From IMG/VR virus record IMGVR_UViG_3300020718_000009, positions 1 through 64,000 of that record: DNA of 64,000 bases; one strand, written 5' to 3'. The position numbers and the translations under genes are program-made. The stretch is from a virus (taxonomy: Duplodnaviria; Caudoviricetes). This document shows, piece after piece, positions 10,194-21,600 of the stretch (its first letter is position 1; each line of letters starts with the position of its first letter). The notes beneath the pieces were generated by a model. The model was not told the DNA's origin and did no database searches. It saw only the letters and a list, made by a program, of their open reading frames with translations.

Positions 10194-10852
10194 TTATTGG
10201 TATTTGTGGATTGATTGGTTCTGGCAAAGATACTATTGCTGATTACTTACAAAATATACACCAGTTCCGACGAGAATCATTTGCCCATACACTTAAAGAT
10301 GCTGTAGCCGCTATATTTGGATGGGATCGAGAACTATTGGAAGGCCGCACAAGAGAATCTAGGGAATGGCGCGAACGAGTTGATCCATGGTGGGCAGAAC
10401 GCTTAGGCATGCCCAATTTAACACCCCGTTGGGTATTACAATACTGGGGCACAGAAGTTTGCCGCCGAGGGTTTCACGACGATATTTGGATTGCTTCACT
10501 TGAAAATAAACTACGCACCATACATGATGACGTTGTAATTTCAGATTGTAGATTTCCTAATGAAATTGCAGCTATTAAAAGTGCTGGTGGCCGAGTAATT
10601 CGAGTAATTCGCGGACCGGAACCTGTTTGGTACGAGTTTGCAGTTTCTGTCAATACTGGTAGGGATCGGTCAGCGCAACGATTTTTAGGTAAATATAATG
10701 TACATGCCAGCGAAACAGCATGGGTTGGCACTAAATTTGATGCCGTGGTTGACAATAATGCGCCAGGGCTTGATAACTTATACGCTCAAGTTAACGATCT
10801 TCTTCAAGATCTCCGGGCCGCCAAGGCAAATCAGTCTTTTGAACTTCAATAG
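10190..10852 (+). CDS. Deoxynucleoside monophosphate kinase (T4 gp1-like)
   Basis: IIGICGLIGSGKDT, FA..LK, TPRWVLQYWGTE, ISDCRFPNE, HASE. Confidence 0.9.
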   Translation: MIIGICGLIGSGKDTIADYLQNIHQFRRESFAHTLKDAVAAIFGWDRELLEGRTRESREWRERVDPWWAERLGMPNLTPRWVLQYWGTEVCRRGFHDDIWIASLENKLRTIHDDVVISDCRFPNEIAAIKSAGGRVIRVIRGPEPVWYEFAVSVNTGRDRSAQRFLGKYNVHASETAWVGTKFDAVVDNNAPGLDNLYAQVNDLLQDLRAAKANQSFELQ

Positions 10853-11138
10853 CACAGTTTTGACAAACGGTTTTTAAGTTTTTTATTGCAGAATTATTTA
10901 AATTTCCGTCCACATGAAACACCAATAATTGTGCAATATATCTTGCCCTGAATCCACAACGGTCACAAATTGTTTTTTTCTTATATCCCGTTCTGGCCCA
11001 CTGTGGATCTGCAAGTTTGATTTTTCGACTTCGCTTTAGACAATTTTCACAACGACTACGATAATAAACTTTTTCACCTCGATAGCAATTTATAGCGCAC
11101 AAACGTTGGTTACAGGCTTTACATAATGGTCGATTCAT
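10791..11138 (-). CDS. Small Zn-binding HNH-like protein
   Basis: CxxC motifs, HVDGNLNN...NLKTVCQNC; late promoter at 11143-11148 (minus). Confidence 0.65.
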   Translation of the reverse strand: MNRPLCKACNQRLCAINCYRGEKVYYRSRCENCLKRSRKIKLADPQWARTGYKKKTICDRCGFRARYIAQLLVFHVDGNLNNSAIKNLKTVCQNCAIEVQKTDLPWRPGDLEEDR

Positions 11139-11246
11139 GGAGTATTTAGTTAAATTTCATACAAAAACCTTACTGTAAGGGATTCATTACACCTCTATTT
11201 TTGCCTTATGGAATAAATATTAGTAATTAATTAAAAGGATTTTACA

Positions 11247-14200
11247 ATGGCTAACACATTATTATCTCCAGGCGTACAAGTCACAGTAGTTGACGAAAGC
11301 CAATATCTTCCAGCTGCAACTAATTCAGTTCCGTTGATAGTACTAGCAACAGCATCAAATAAAGCAAATGCCGCCGGCACAGGAATTGCTGCGGGAACAT
11401 TAAATGTTAATGCTGATAAATTATTTTTGGCAACCAGCCAACGTGCTTTGCTTGCCCAGTATGGTAATCCATTATTTTATACAACTACTAACGGCACACC
11501 TATTAACGGTTATGAGCTCAACGAATATGGTTTATTGGCTGCCTATTCTGCTCTTGGAGTTACTAATCAATGTTATATTTTACGTGCAGATATTGATCTT
11601 TCAGCTCTTACTGCCTCATTAGTGCGTCCAAAAGGCGCACCAGCTGACGGTGAATTTTGGTTGGATGCTACCAATACTTTGTGGGGATTATTCCAGTGGA
11701 ATCAAGCCACTGGGGTGTTTACAAATGAAATTCCGTTAGTTATTACAGACCCAGCATATTTAACAGACATGTCCACCGTGCCATTGAATACATATGGCAG
11801 TATTGGAAATTATGCTGTAACTGCTACAAGTACTTCTAATCCTATTTACTTTAAACGTGGTGGACCAACAAGTACACAAACTAATGATACTAATATTAGT
11901 ATGCTGTTTAATACATGGGTATTAGTTGGAAGTAACGATTGGCAAACTTCTTGGGCTACGGTTCAAGGACAAAATACACCCTCTACTTTAACTCCGGGGG
12001 ACACATTTACAATCAATTCAACATATAGTGTAACGGTTCCTGGATCTCCAAATGATACCGTCACAGGATTGGTTGATGCAATCACTGCCGCAAATATTCC
12101 CGGAGTTCATGTTGCCAATATTGGTGGAGCATTGAACATATATGCTAATAATTTGTCGGCAAGTAATGGTTCTACTGTTGATGGTAAAGTTGCTATTACT
12201 GGTACTCCTGCTTTACTCACTGCGTTGGGAATTACAGCCAGTACATATTATGCTCCACAATATCAACCTAGTCCAAGTTATACAGTTCCACAATGGAATA
12301 AATTTAGTACTAGTCCAATGGGTGGTGCTCCTACTGGGTCCGTATGGCAAAAAACAAATACTGTAAATCTTGGTACTGATATAGTACTAAGCAGATATAA
12401 TTCAACTATTGAAGTATTTGTTAAACAATCTTGCCCACTTTATGCAAATGATGCTGAAGCAATTTATGCCTTGGATCCATCAGGTGGTGGCCAAAGTATT
12501 CCAGCTACATCAACTTACGCTCAGTACGAACCGTTGGCTAATGGTACAGCAGGATTAGTAATTTATGAAAGATTCATAACTGGCCCAACTCTTGTAACCG
12601 GAGGAGTTGCATTTACCGGTACAGGCACTCCATTTACTCCAGGCAATTCATTTACAATTAGTGGTACAGAACCAGGAACAGCAGCATTAACTACTGTTAC
12701 GGTTTCAATTGGTGGCACCGGTACTGTAAGTGATTTTATTGCGGCAGTAAGTAGTGCTAACATTTCTTATGTTAGTACTAAAGTTAATAGTTCTGGTTAT
12801 ATTGTTTTTGAACACTCTAAAGGTGGAGATATTTACCTCACTAATGTTACTGGTACTCCTATTACAACAGCTGGTTTTACTAATAGCACAGCATTAGTGA
12901 AACCACTTTATACTGCGGGAACAGAAACTGGTTTAATTTTATCTAATTGGATAGGTTCGCCAACATTTAGCTATACCGCAGCTACAGCGGCACCATACAA
13001 CAATCCTACAACAGGTACATATTGGTATTACAGTGATCCTACTCAAGTAGATATTATGATTCAAAATAATGGTGTTTGGGTTGGCTATCAAACTGTTACT
13101 AGCGATGCTCGTGGTTATAATTTATCTTTATGTAACGCCGCCGGTCCTATTATTTCAACCACAGCACCAACAACACAAACTGACTCGGCAGCTAGCCCGC
13201 TACAATACGGTGACTTATGGGTCAATACTGGTGATTTAGAAAACTATCCATTATTATATCGTTGGCAAAATGTTGGAGGAGTTGCACAGTGGGTACAAAT
13301 TAGTAATACTGATCAAACTACAAGTAATGGCATATTATTTCAAGATGCTCGCTGGGCTCCAAATGGTACAACAAATCCAGTGGATGATCCTCTTCCTCCA
13401 ATTGAAAATTTATTGACCAGTAATTACCTGGATCCAGACGCTCCACAAGCATTGCTATATCCATCGGGCATGTTGTTGTGGAACACACGTCGTTCAGGAT
13501 TTAATGTTAAAACATTTGAATTAGATGCTTGGAATCAGCAGGCCTGGCCTACATATGACTGGACATCAACCACACCATATACTATCGGACAATATGTACA
13601 GTATAGTGGATTGAACTATGCTTGTATCCAAAATAATACCAACGAAGAACCAGACACAAGCCCAACATACTGGGCATTACAAGATCAATTCAATACATGG
13701 AATTCTGCAACAGGCAGTCGTCCAGATGGATCTCCGTACATGGGTCGTCAATCACAACGTGCAATTATTGTAGAAGCACTAAAAGCCGCTATTGATACAA
13801 ACCCTGCTATCCGTGAAGAACAAAATTCTTATAACTTAATTGCTGTTACTGGTTATCCCGAATTGGCTCCCAACATGGCAGAATTAAATAATGAAATTAA
13901 TAATGTGGCATTTGCCATTATTGACACTCCATTACGTTTAACGCCTGATAATATTGCAACATGGGCTTCCAATAACGATGGACTAGGTTTAGCTACTGCT
14001 GATGGAAACTTAGCATCAGGTGACAGCTATGGAGGTACATTTTATCCAAGTTGCCGTACAACTGACTTAAGTGGTAATACAGCCGTTACATATCCAAGTC
14101 ACATGATGATTCGTACAATTATTCGGTCCGATGAAGTTGCTTATCCTTGGTTAGCTCCGGCTGGTACACGCCGTGGTTTAGTCGATAATGCTTTACAATT

Positions 14201-14690
14201 AGGTTATCTCAACGGAATTACTGGTATATTTGAACCATTGGGAGTTGGTCAAGCATTACGCGATGTGCTTTATCCAAATCATATCAATCCAATTACTTTT
14301 ATTCCAGGTGTTGGTATTGTAAACTTTGGTAATTTAACATTACAAGTAACTGCTACAGCATTAGATCGTATTAATGTGGCACGTTTAGTATCATTTATAC
14401 GTGGCAGATTAGTCGTAATTGGAAAACAATACTTATTTGAACCAAACGATACTATTACTCGTACAGAAATTAAAAACAGTATTACCAGTATGTTGCTTGA
14501 TATAGTATCCAAGCGCGGCATTTACGATTATTTGGTTGTATGCGACAATACAAATAATACACCAACTACAATTGATGAAAATCAGCTGTGGGTAGATATT
14601 GCTATCGAACCAGTCAAGGCAGTGGAATTCATTTATATTCCAATGCGTATAGAAGCTACAGGTGCGATCGCAGCACAGGCTATTGCGTAA
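11247..14690 (+). CDS. gp18: Contractile tail sheath protein, enlarged to 1147 aa
   Basis: LSPGVQVTVVDES N-terminus; PWLAPAGTRRG, INPI, DRINVARL, FEPND, IEPVKAVEFIYIP. Confidence 0.95.
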   Translation: MANTLLSPGVQVTVVDESQYLPAATNSVPLIVLATASNKANAAGTGIAAGTLNVNADKLFLATSQRALLAQYGNPLFYTTTNGTPINGYELNEYGLLAAYSALGVTNQCYILRADIDLSALTASLVRPKGAPADGEFWLDATNTLWGLFQWNQATGVFTNEIPLVITDPAYLTDMSTVPLNTYGSIGNYAVTATSTSNPIYFKRGGPTSTQTNDTNISMLFNTWVLVGSNDWQTSWATVQGQNTPSTLTPGDTFTINSTYSVTVPGSPNDTVTGLVDAITAANIPGVHVANIGGALNIYANNLSASNGSTVDGKVAITGTPALLTALGITASTYYAPQYQPSPSYTVPQWNKFSTSPMGGAPTGSVWQKTNTVNLGTDIVLSRYNSTIEVFVKQSCPLYANDAEAIYALDPSGGGQSIPATSTYAQYEPLANGTAGLVIYERFITGPTLVTGGVAFTGTGTPFTPGNSFTISGTEPGTAALTTVTVSIGGTGTVSDFIAAVSSANISYVSTKVNSSGYIVFEHSKGGDIYLTNVTGTPITTAGFTNSTALVKPLYTAGTETGLILSNWIGSPTFSYTAATAAPYNNPTTGTYWYYSDPTQVDIMIQNNGVWVGYQTVTSDARGYNLSLCNAAGPIISTTAPTTQTDSAASPLQYGDLWVNTGDLENYPLLYRWQNVGGVAQWVQISNTDQTTSNGILFQDARWAPNGTTNPVDDPLPPIENLLTSNYLDPDAPQALLYPSGMLLWNTRRSGFNVKTFELDAWNQQAWPTYDWTSTTPYTIGQYVQYSGLNYACIQNNTNEEPDTSPTYWALQDQFNTWNSATGSRPDGSPYMGRQSQRAIIVEALKAAIDTNPAIREEQNSYNLIAVTGYPELAPNMAELNNEINNVAFAIIDTPLRLTPDNIATWASNNDGLGLATADGNLASGDSYGGTFYPSCRTTDLSGNTAVTYPSHMMIRTIIRSDEVAYPWLAPAGTRRGLVDNALQLGYLNGITGIFEPLGVGQALRDVLYPNHINPITFIPGVGIVNFGNLTLQVTATALDRINVARLVSFIRGRLVVIGKQYLFEPNDTITRTEIKNSITSMLLDIVSKRGIYDYLVVCDNTNNTPTTIDENQLWVDIAIEPVKAVEFIYIPMRIEATGAIAAQAIA

Positions 14691-14695
14691 TGAAT

Positions 14696-14722
14696 AATTT
14701 GGGCAAGAATTTTGCCCAAATT
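14696..14722 (+). terminator. Stem-loop between sheath and tube genes
   Basis: AATTTGGGCAA / TTGCCCAAATT inverted repeat. Confidence 0.6.
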
Positions 14723-14756
14723 AATTAACTAAATAAAGTATATTGGAGATTAACAA

Positions 14757-15395
14757 ATGGCAACATCATCACTAACTAACATGACCGTTCCGCTAGGATC
14801 AGACGGCCAAAGCGCAACAACGCAGGGCTTATTAATGCCTAAGTTGTCATTCCGCTTTCGCGTATTTTTTACAAATTTTGGTGTTAGTAGCCCTACAACT
14901 GAATTAACTAAACAGGTTATGAACATAGCTCGTCCGCACGTTGATTTTGCAGAAATTACGTTACCAATTTATAATTCCACAATTAAAATTGCTGGTAAAC
15001 ATAAATGGAATGATATTACCTGTGAGTTGCGTGATGATGCAACGGGTTCTGTAAGTAAATTAGTTGGCGAACAATTACAGAAACAATTAGATTTTATGGA
15101 ACAAAGTTCAGCTGCTTCTGCTATTGATTATAAATTTACCACACAATTACAAGTATTAGACGGTGGCAACGGAACAAGTGTTCCCGTGGTATTAGAAGAG
15201 TGGAATGTTCTTGGCTGCTATTTGAAAGATGTAAACTATAATAAAATGGATTACAGTGAATCCAAAGCAGTTACAATCGCTTTAACAATTACCTATGACA
15301 ACGCAATTCAAGTTAATACAGCTGGAGTACCAGTTGGAGTAGGCGAAGCTATTACTAGAACTAACGGAACGATTGCTACCGGCGCAGGCGTTTAA
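14757..15395 (+). CDS. gp19: Tail tube protein
   Basis: Follows sheath; LMPKL.FRFRV, AGKHKW.DIT, YDNA motifs; CTAAATA late promoter and GGAG SD. Confidence 0.85.
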   Translation: MATSSLTNMTVPLGSDGQSATTQGLLMPKLSFRFRVFFTNFGVSSPTTELTKQVMNIARPHVDFAEITLPIYNSTIKIAGKHKWNDITCELRDDATGSVSKLVGEQLQKQLDFMEQSSAASAIDYKFTTQLQVLDGGNGTSVPVVLEEWNVLGCYLKDVNYNKMDYSESKAVTIALTITYDNAIQVNTAGVPVGVGEAITRTNGTIATGAGV

Positions 15396-15400
15396 AATAA

Positions 15401-16633
15401 ATGTCAGTCCAAGGATACCTGGGCCAAGGTAATCAATCCTTACAGCCGGCCACTACTCCTAATCTTAAAGATTATACTCACGCTTCTAAAACTTTTGTAA
15501 GCAACGGGTATCAATATACCCCACGATTAAAATTTTTATTCCAAGTTTATTTTAATATAAACACCGCTGAAATTCCACAATTACAAGCTGCGTATGGGTC
15601 AGGTGCTATAACGACTATTGGGTTATTGGTCAAAAGTGTTGATTTACCTAAATTTAAAATTGATACAGCAACAATGAATCAATACAATCGTAAAAGAGTT
15701 GTTCAAACTAAATTAAAATACGAGCCATCAAAAGTTGTTTTTCATGATGACCAAGCTGATTTAATTCGTAACATGTGGTTTGATTATTATGCTTACTATT
15801 ATGGAGATCCAAACCATCAATACGCTGGTATATCAACATTATCCGGTACAATGGGTACATTAATGACACAGGCAAATGCTTTTAATTATAATAGTAAAGA
15901 TTTATACAGCCCTCAACTTAGTCAAGATTGGGGATACATAGGTGAAAATTATCACGATGGAACAAACATAGCATTTTCGGGAACTCAAAATAAGCCAGCA
16001 TTTTTTCGAGACATTACCATCTACGGATTAAGTCAAAAAAAGTTTGCTCAATGGACTTTAATAAATCCGTTGATTACAAGTTGGAATGGTGACACTTACA
16101 GTTATTCTGAAAGTGGCGGCGCTATGCAAAATGAAATGCAATTTGAATATGAAACTGTAAAATATTATTCAGGAGATATTGGATCCAACCAACCGTCTAA
16201 TAGTGTAGTAGGATTTGCTGATCCATCAAATTATGATACGGTGCCATCAAGTATTACTACTGACGCAGGAAGAAAAACTGTATATAGCGGTAGCGGTGTT
16301 ATTGCTGCTGAATCAGGAACCGTGCAAGACTTAGCCGTAACATCGGCAGGATTAAGTGGTTTACAAAATGTTCTCGGAGCAGTACAAACAGCAGGCACAT
16401 TGCTTAACGTTTTGCAAAATAGCCAACTTTCGCAAACATTGGGCTTAACTGATGCTATAAACAATTCTTTACCAGGGGCAGCTACCAACGGCATACTAGG
16501 CGCGGCTACACAGCAAGCAGTGGGTGCCGTTGGAGGATTTTTCTTTCCCACGGCTCCGGCTACTCCCACCACATTAGCAGGGGCAACTAATGCTCAAGCT
16601 AATCCAAATTCTCCACAATTTTTAGGACCTTAA
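15401..16633 (+). CDS. Tube-fold baseplate/tube initiator protein (gp48/gp54-like)
   Basis: VKSVDLPKF, NQYNRKR, F.YE tube-like motifs; follows gp19. Confidence 0.55.
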   Translation: MSVQGYLGQGNQSLQPATTPNLKDYTHASKTFVSNGYQYTPRLKFLFQVYFNINTAEIPQLQAAYGSGAITTIGLLVKSVDLPKFKIDTATMNQYNRKRVVQTKLKYEPSKVVFHDDQADLIRNMWFDYYAYYYGDPNHQYAGISTLSGTMGTLMTQANAFNYNSKDLYSPQLSQDWGYIGENYHDGTNIAFSGTQNKPAFFRDITIYGLSQKKFAQWTLINPLITSWNGDTYSYSESGGAMQNEMQFEYETVKYYSGDIGSNQPSNSVVGFADPSNYDTVPSSITTDAGRKTVYSGSGVIAAESGTVQDLAVTSAGLSGLQNVLGAVQTAGTLLNVLQNSQLSQTLGLTDAINNSLPGAATNGILGAATQQAVGAVGGFFFPTAPATPTTLAGATNAQANPNSPQFLGP

Positions 16634-16634
16634 C

Positions 16635-16994
16635 GTGAGCACAGTTAACGCAATCAATCCTAAAATTGATAGAACCGTACAAATTTTTGATCGCTTTTAC
16701 AAATATAATCAATCAGTTTCTGGTCAAGAATATGATGCAGTACACAGTTATTTTTTATCTGTGTTTAATACTGCTCCTCAAGCAGATAATTTTACAACAA
16801 CATTATTTCGTATTTCCAGCTCAACTAACATACCAGTGATGAATTTATTACAATCAGTACAAGGGTTATCAGCTCCACAAGTTACATTGACTTTTGCCTA
16901 CTATCTCAATACTTTTCAAAGTCCAGCAACTATGTTAGGCGTACAAGTACCCACATTGCCTAATTATTATGTTGGGCATAATATAAAACAATAA
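16635..16994 (+). CDS. Hypothetical structural-region protein (GTG start)
   Basis: ORF in operon context. Confidence 0.65.
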   Translation: MSTVNAINPKIDRTVQIFDRFYKYNQSVSGQEYDAVHSYFLSVFNTAPQADNFTTTLFRISSSTNIPVMNLLQSVQGLSAPQVTLTFAYYLNTFQSPATMLGVQVPTLPNYYVGHNIKQ

Positions 16995-17000
16995 TAAGTT

Positions 17001-17438
17001 ATGCCTAATTTTCGTCAAGGTGAATACATTGTAAAAAACGGCCACAAATATGCTGGCAATGGAAAACCACGTTACAGAAGTGGCTGGGAATTTTCTTTTA
17101 TGCATTTTTGTGACCACAATGATAATATCACGCAATGGGCATCTGAACCGGTTAGAATTCCCTATCGTCATCCATTAACTGGAAAAATGAGCACTTATGT
17201 TCCAGATTTTTTAGTAACATATCGCGGCCCAAATAATACTGCCAAAGCTGAATTAATAGAAATCAAACCAAAAAGTCAAAGTATTGTTGAAAGTAAAATG
17301 AAAGATCGTGATAAAGCTATTGTAGCAATCAATTACGCTAAATGGCACCATGCTACAGTATGGGCCAAGCAAAATGGACTTACTTTTCGTGTTATTAACG
17401 AAGATCAAATATTCCATCAGGGTGGTAAAAAGAAGTAA
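17001..17438 (+). CDS. gp4: Head completion nuclease, T4 gp4-like (TnsA N-terminal fold)
   Basis: YRSGWE..FM.FCD, WASE, YVPDF, IEIKP, N.AKW. Confidence 0.85.
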   Translation: MPNFRQGEYIVKNGHKYAGNGKPRYRSGWEFSFMHFCDHNDNITQWASEPVRIPYRHPLTGKMSTYVPDFLVTYRGPNNTAKAELIEIKPKSQSIVESKMKDRDKAIVAINYAKWHHATVWAKQNGLTFRVINEDQIFHQGGKKK

Positions 17439-17466
17439 CAACTTTGCAAAATATGGTAAATACCAT

Positions 17467-17964
17467 ATGACAAAAAAATTGGAAGAAATTTTTGGTTTTG
17501 ATAAACTCAATGACGAAAACCCTGTTATCAGCGAACAAATGACTGTTGAAGAAACACGCTCGGCTATTATAGAAATAGACGATACAATTGATAAAATTGA
17601 CGAAGCGTTGCCAGCTATTCGTGATTTAGAAGCTTCAGATAAAGAGTTAGACGAGTTAGCAAATTTAGCCAAGCAAAGTTATACTGATCTTTCAGATCTT
17701 GGAATGAATGTAGACAGTAGATACGCTGCCGAGCTGTTTGCTGTAGCTGGAAATATGTTGGGACACGCTCTTACAGCTAAAACTACTAAACTTAATAAAA
17801 AATTAAAAATGATTGATCTACAACTTAAAAAGTTAAAGTTAGATCAAGATGCCGCTAAAAGATCGGGCGATTTAAATAGCCTGCCCACTGCGGAAGGACA
17901 GCTATTAACCAGAAATGATTTGTTAGAACGCTTATTAAGTGATAGAGCGCAAAAAGACAAATAG
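17467..17964 (+). CDS. Helical protein, possible terminase small subunit
   Basis: Coiled-coil; SR..E.F...ML..A pattern reminiscent of gp16; likely start ATG 17467. Confidence 0.45.
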   Translation: MTKKLEEIFGFDKLNDENPVISEQMTVEETRSAIIEIDDTIDKIDEALPAIRDLEASDKELDELANLAKQSYTDLSDLGMNVDSRYAAELFAVAGNMLGHALTAKTTKLNKKLKMIDLQLKKLKLDQDAAKRSGDLNSLPTAEGQLLTRNDLLERLLSDRAQKDK

Positions 17965-17989
17965 TATAAATATAATATAGGAAACAACC

Positions 17990-18610
17990 ATGAAAAATTT
18001 TAAAGATTATTTAACTGAATCAGAACGCACATATAACTATAGAATTAAAATAGTTGGTGATTTGCCCACTGGATTCTACTCTAAACTTAAAGACAAACTT
18101 GAACAGTTTGATCCTTTAACTATTGGGACAGAAAAAACTACCCCAATTCAAGCTAAACCAGCAGATTTTCCAGCATTTGAAAATGACAAGGTTACAAGTA
18201 TAGATGTTCAGTTACGTTACCCTGCTATTGAACCACAAATTAAACAAATTGCTAAATTGTTGGATCTTGACCCTAATAAAATTATTATGCAAACATCAGT
18301 ATACGATGATTCTCTCGACAGCGAGAAAGCCAAAGTTGAAAAAGAAAATAAAAATTTATTAACCAATACTGATTATCCGGCACCAGATGCTGAACAAAAA
18401 GCATTGAGCAAAGATTATTCAGCTGATCCATTTGATCATGCTGTACTAAAAAATTCTTATCGCAGTAACTTTACCATTGCTGGCGGTAAACCTAAACCAG
18501 CAGAAACAACAAATGATTTAAAAATGGGCGATGACAGCCCAATGACTCACGCCGAAAAGCGACCACGCAAGCCTGCTACAGGCGCACAACCATCAGGGAA
18601 TTACAAATGA
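17990..18610 (+). CDS. Putative head/core protein with CTS-like N-terminus MKNFKDYLTE
   Basis: Late promoter TATAAATA upstream; N-terminus resembles the T4 internal-protein capsid-targeting sequence. Confidence 0.6.
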   Translation: MKNFKDYLTESERTYNYRIKIVGDLPTGFYSKLKDKLEQFDPLTIGTEKTTPIQAKPADFPAFENDKVTSIDVQLRYPAIEPQIKQIAKLLDLDPNKIIMQTSVYDDSLDSEKAKVEKENKNLLTNTDYPAPDAEQKALSKDYSADPFDHAVLKNSYRSNFTIAGGKPKPAETTNDLKMGDDSPMTHAEKRPRKPATGAQPSGNYK

Positions 18611-21600
18611 ATCCATTTTACAAACTTAACGAAACTTTAGCCAACATTGGTAAAGAACAAGATAAAATTGCTGAGAATGTTGCAAAAGCAAAGGCTGCTC
18701 CTAAAACACCAGCTCGTATAACTCTTGAAGAATCGCTTAAACAAGATTTAAAATCTTTAATGGAAGATGGCACAGGCGGCATGAACTTTAGTGGTTCAGG
18801 ATCTTTAGAAGAAGATGATGGGCTTGAAGGCATTGCAAAAAAACATGGCATGAAATATCATCGCGGAACTTACGGAGCAAATATGTCACATCCTACTAAA
18901 GGATATGTAGACATTAATCGTTATGGCGAATGGTCACATCACAAACAAGGTAACGAATTCAGCGGTCGCGGACACGGAGCATCTACAGCACGTGGTGACA
19001 GTTCACAACATTTTAGTGACTTAGATCAACATTTATCTTCATTGAGTGAAGGTGAAAAATGGATTCAAAAGGCTACCAAGCCAAGTACGAAAGGCGATTT
19101 ACATAAAGCTCTACATGTGCCACAAGGTGAAACTATCCCCAAAGGCAAAATTGAAAAAGCAACACACAGTAAGAACGCACACTTACGTCACATGGCTCAG
19201 TTTGCTAAAAATATAGCCCACGAAGATGCAGAAATGGATGAAGCAGATACAATGACATTAGAAGATGCTTGTCCAGTATGTCACAAAGAACCTTGTGCTT
19301 GTAAAAAAGGTATTCCTGGAAATTTACCTGTTAAAGGAAAAATGGACCGTTTAAAAGGTAAACGTGATTTTTATGAAGATCAGGAAATGATGAATTATCT
19401 GCATAAAAAAGCAAACTTGATTCAAGAAGGTCCTTGGGGTACCGGTATTGGTGCCGGGCTTGGTGGACTGGCTGGTAAAGCAATGGGCGGTTGGCCTGGT
19501 GCCGCCGCTGGTGCCGCAGCCGGCGGAATAGCAGGCAATGCAGCCGGTGATTATGTAGGAGATAAAGCTACTGCCGCAGGCAATTTTATTGGAAATGCCG
19601 CTCAAAAAATTGGTCAAGTTGCCAAGGGAGCGTATCAAGGAGCAAAGCAAGCACTAAATCCTTCTGCTCCTGTTCAAGCCGCACCAGCAGCACCACAACC
19701 ATATACGGTAGTTGCGGGCGATAATTTGACCAAAATTGCTAAACAAATGAAAACAACTCTGCCTGAATTGTTAAAAGCCAATCCACAATATCAAAAAAAT
19801 CCTAATTTAATTCATCCAGGTGATAAAGTTAATCCGCCAGCCGAAGGACCGCCAACTCCAACAGGTGGCGGTGCTAAATCTGATCCAGCTGTTCTCAAAC
19901 AACAACAAGAGTTAATTGCTAAAGGCGCAAAAATTCAAGCAGATGGCATTATGGGACCAGCTACACAAGCGGCTATCAAACAATTTGGTGGAGGAACACC
20001 AGCTCCGGCAGCAACAGCTCCAGCAGGTACACCGGCTGCAGCTACATCAGTTGATGCGGCCAAGGCGTCAGGTGCTGCAATGAATGCTCCGGCTCCAGCA
20101 CCAGCAGTTAATAACGGACCATGGCCAGCTGGTAGCCCACAAGCGGCAGCTTATTCTAAAATGAGTCCAGAAGATCAAAAGTGGTTAGGCGGCGCAGATC
20201 CAACTGATGCTGCAATTTTATCCCGTGCTCCAAATGGTGGTAAACCTGTTGCGGCCCCTACTCCGGCGCCTGCAGTGCCAGGTGTTACTGCAGGCGGAGG
20301 TGTGGTAGACACTCGCGGTGGTATTGCCGGACAAGACGAAATGGAGGAAAGCAAAAAATATTTTAAAGAAAATGCAAGATCTAAACCATATAATGGTAAA
20401 GCCAATAAAGCTAATGCTTACAATGGTATGGAATTTGAAGGTAACGCATTTACTGGTAAACTTAAATCAACCCCTAAAGGTGGCAAGTTTAGCGTAGGTG
20501 GCAAAACTTATACTGACACCAGCGCCATTGAAGAAGCAATGACTCGCCAGCATTTCCGTCACACAGCCGAGTTGCTTAAACATATTGAAGATCCAGCAAA
20601 ACGTATGGAACTTGCTAAACAGCATGCAGATATGTTTAAAGCTAGCAATCCACGTTTTAACCACGACAAATTTTACAAGGCTTGTGGTCTTGACGAATGT
20701 GGAATGTATGAAGATGATATGACAGACGAAGGTAATGCCTTCACTGGTAAATTACATAGCACACCAAAAGGTGGAAAATTTAAATTAGGCAATAAAGAAT
20801 TTACTGACACAAGTGATATTGACGAAGGATTTGCTGAAATGGATGCTTGGTTAAAGCAACGCGAAGCAGAAAAAGGCACAGGTAAATTTGATAAACGTAA
20901 AACATCTACTGGTACAGTTTATACACGCAAGCCAGAAACATTTGATGAGCCAGAAGGTGACGATGATCAGCCCGCAGTTAAACGCGGTCGCGGTCGTCCT
21001 AGCAAAGCTCCGCAAGCGCATCGTTTTACCAAAGGAGCTTGGAAACATAAAGATCCAATGGCCAATGAAGATAGTGAACACGGCGACTCAATGACTAAAA
21101 ATCAAATTCACACAATTCGCCGCGCCGCTAAAGAATTAGAAGCAGTAGTTCAAAGTGACGAGTCAGTTCCAGAATGGGTCAAGAGTAAAATTACTATTGC
21201 TAGCGATTATTTAAAAACAGTTCGAGATTATTTGGAAAGTAATATTGAACGTAATATCGAACGTGCCACTGGCGAAGAAGGCGTTACTATTGGTGAAAAA
21301 ATTACTAAGAAAACCCCAGCCGGCGAAATCATTAGTGATTTTGAAAAGTCTAAAAACCCAAAGTTTGCTGGTAAAAGCAAAGAACAACGCAAAACACAAG
21401 CATTAGGTGCTTACTACGGCATGCATCCTGAAAAATCTAAAGAAGAAAGCGTTAAAAAAGATAATCGTGCTGAACGTGCCGGTAAAAAAGTAACTAAAGA
21501 CATTGAGTATGATGAAAAGAAAGGCAAGAAAAAAGAAGTTGATGAAACAACAACTTCTGGGTCTGTATCTACAAGCACTGGTACTCCTAAAAAGTCCAGC

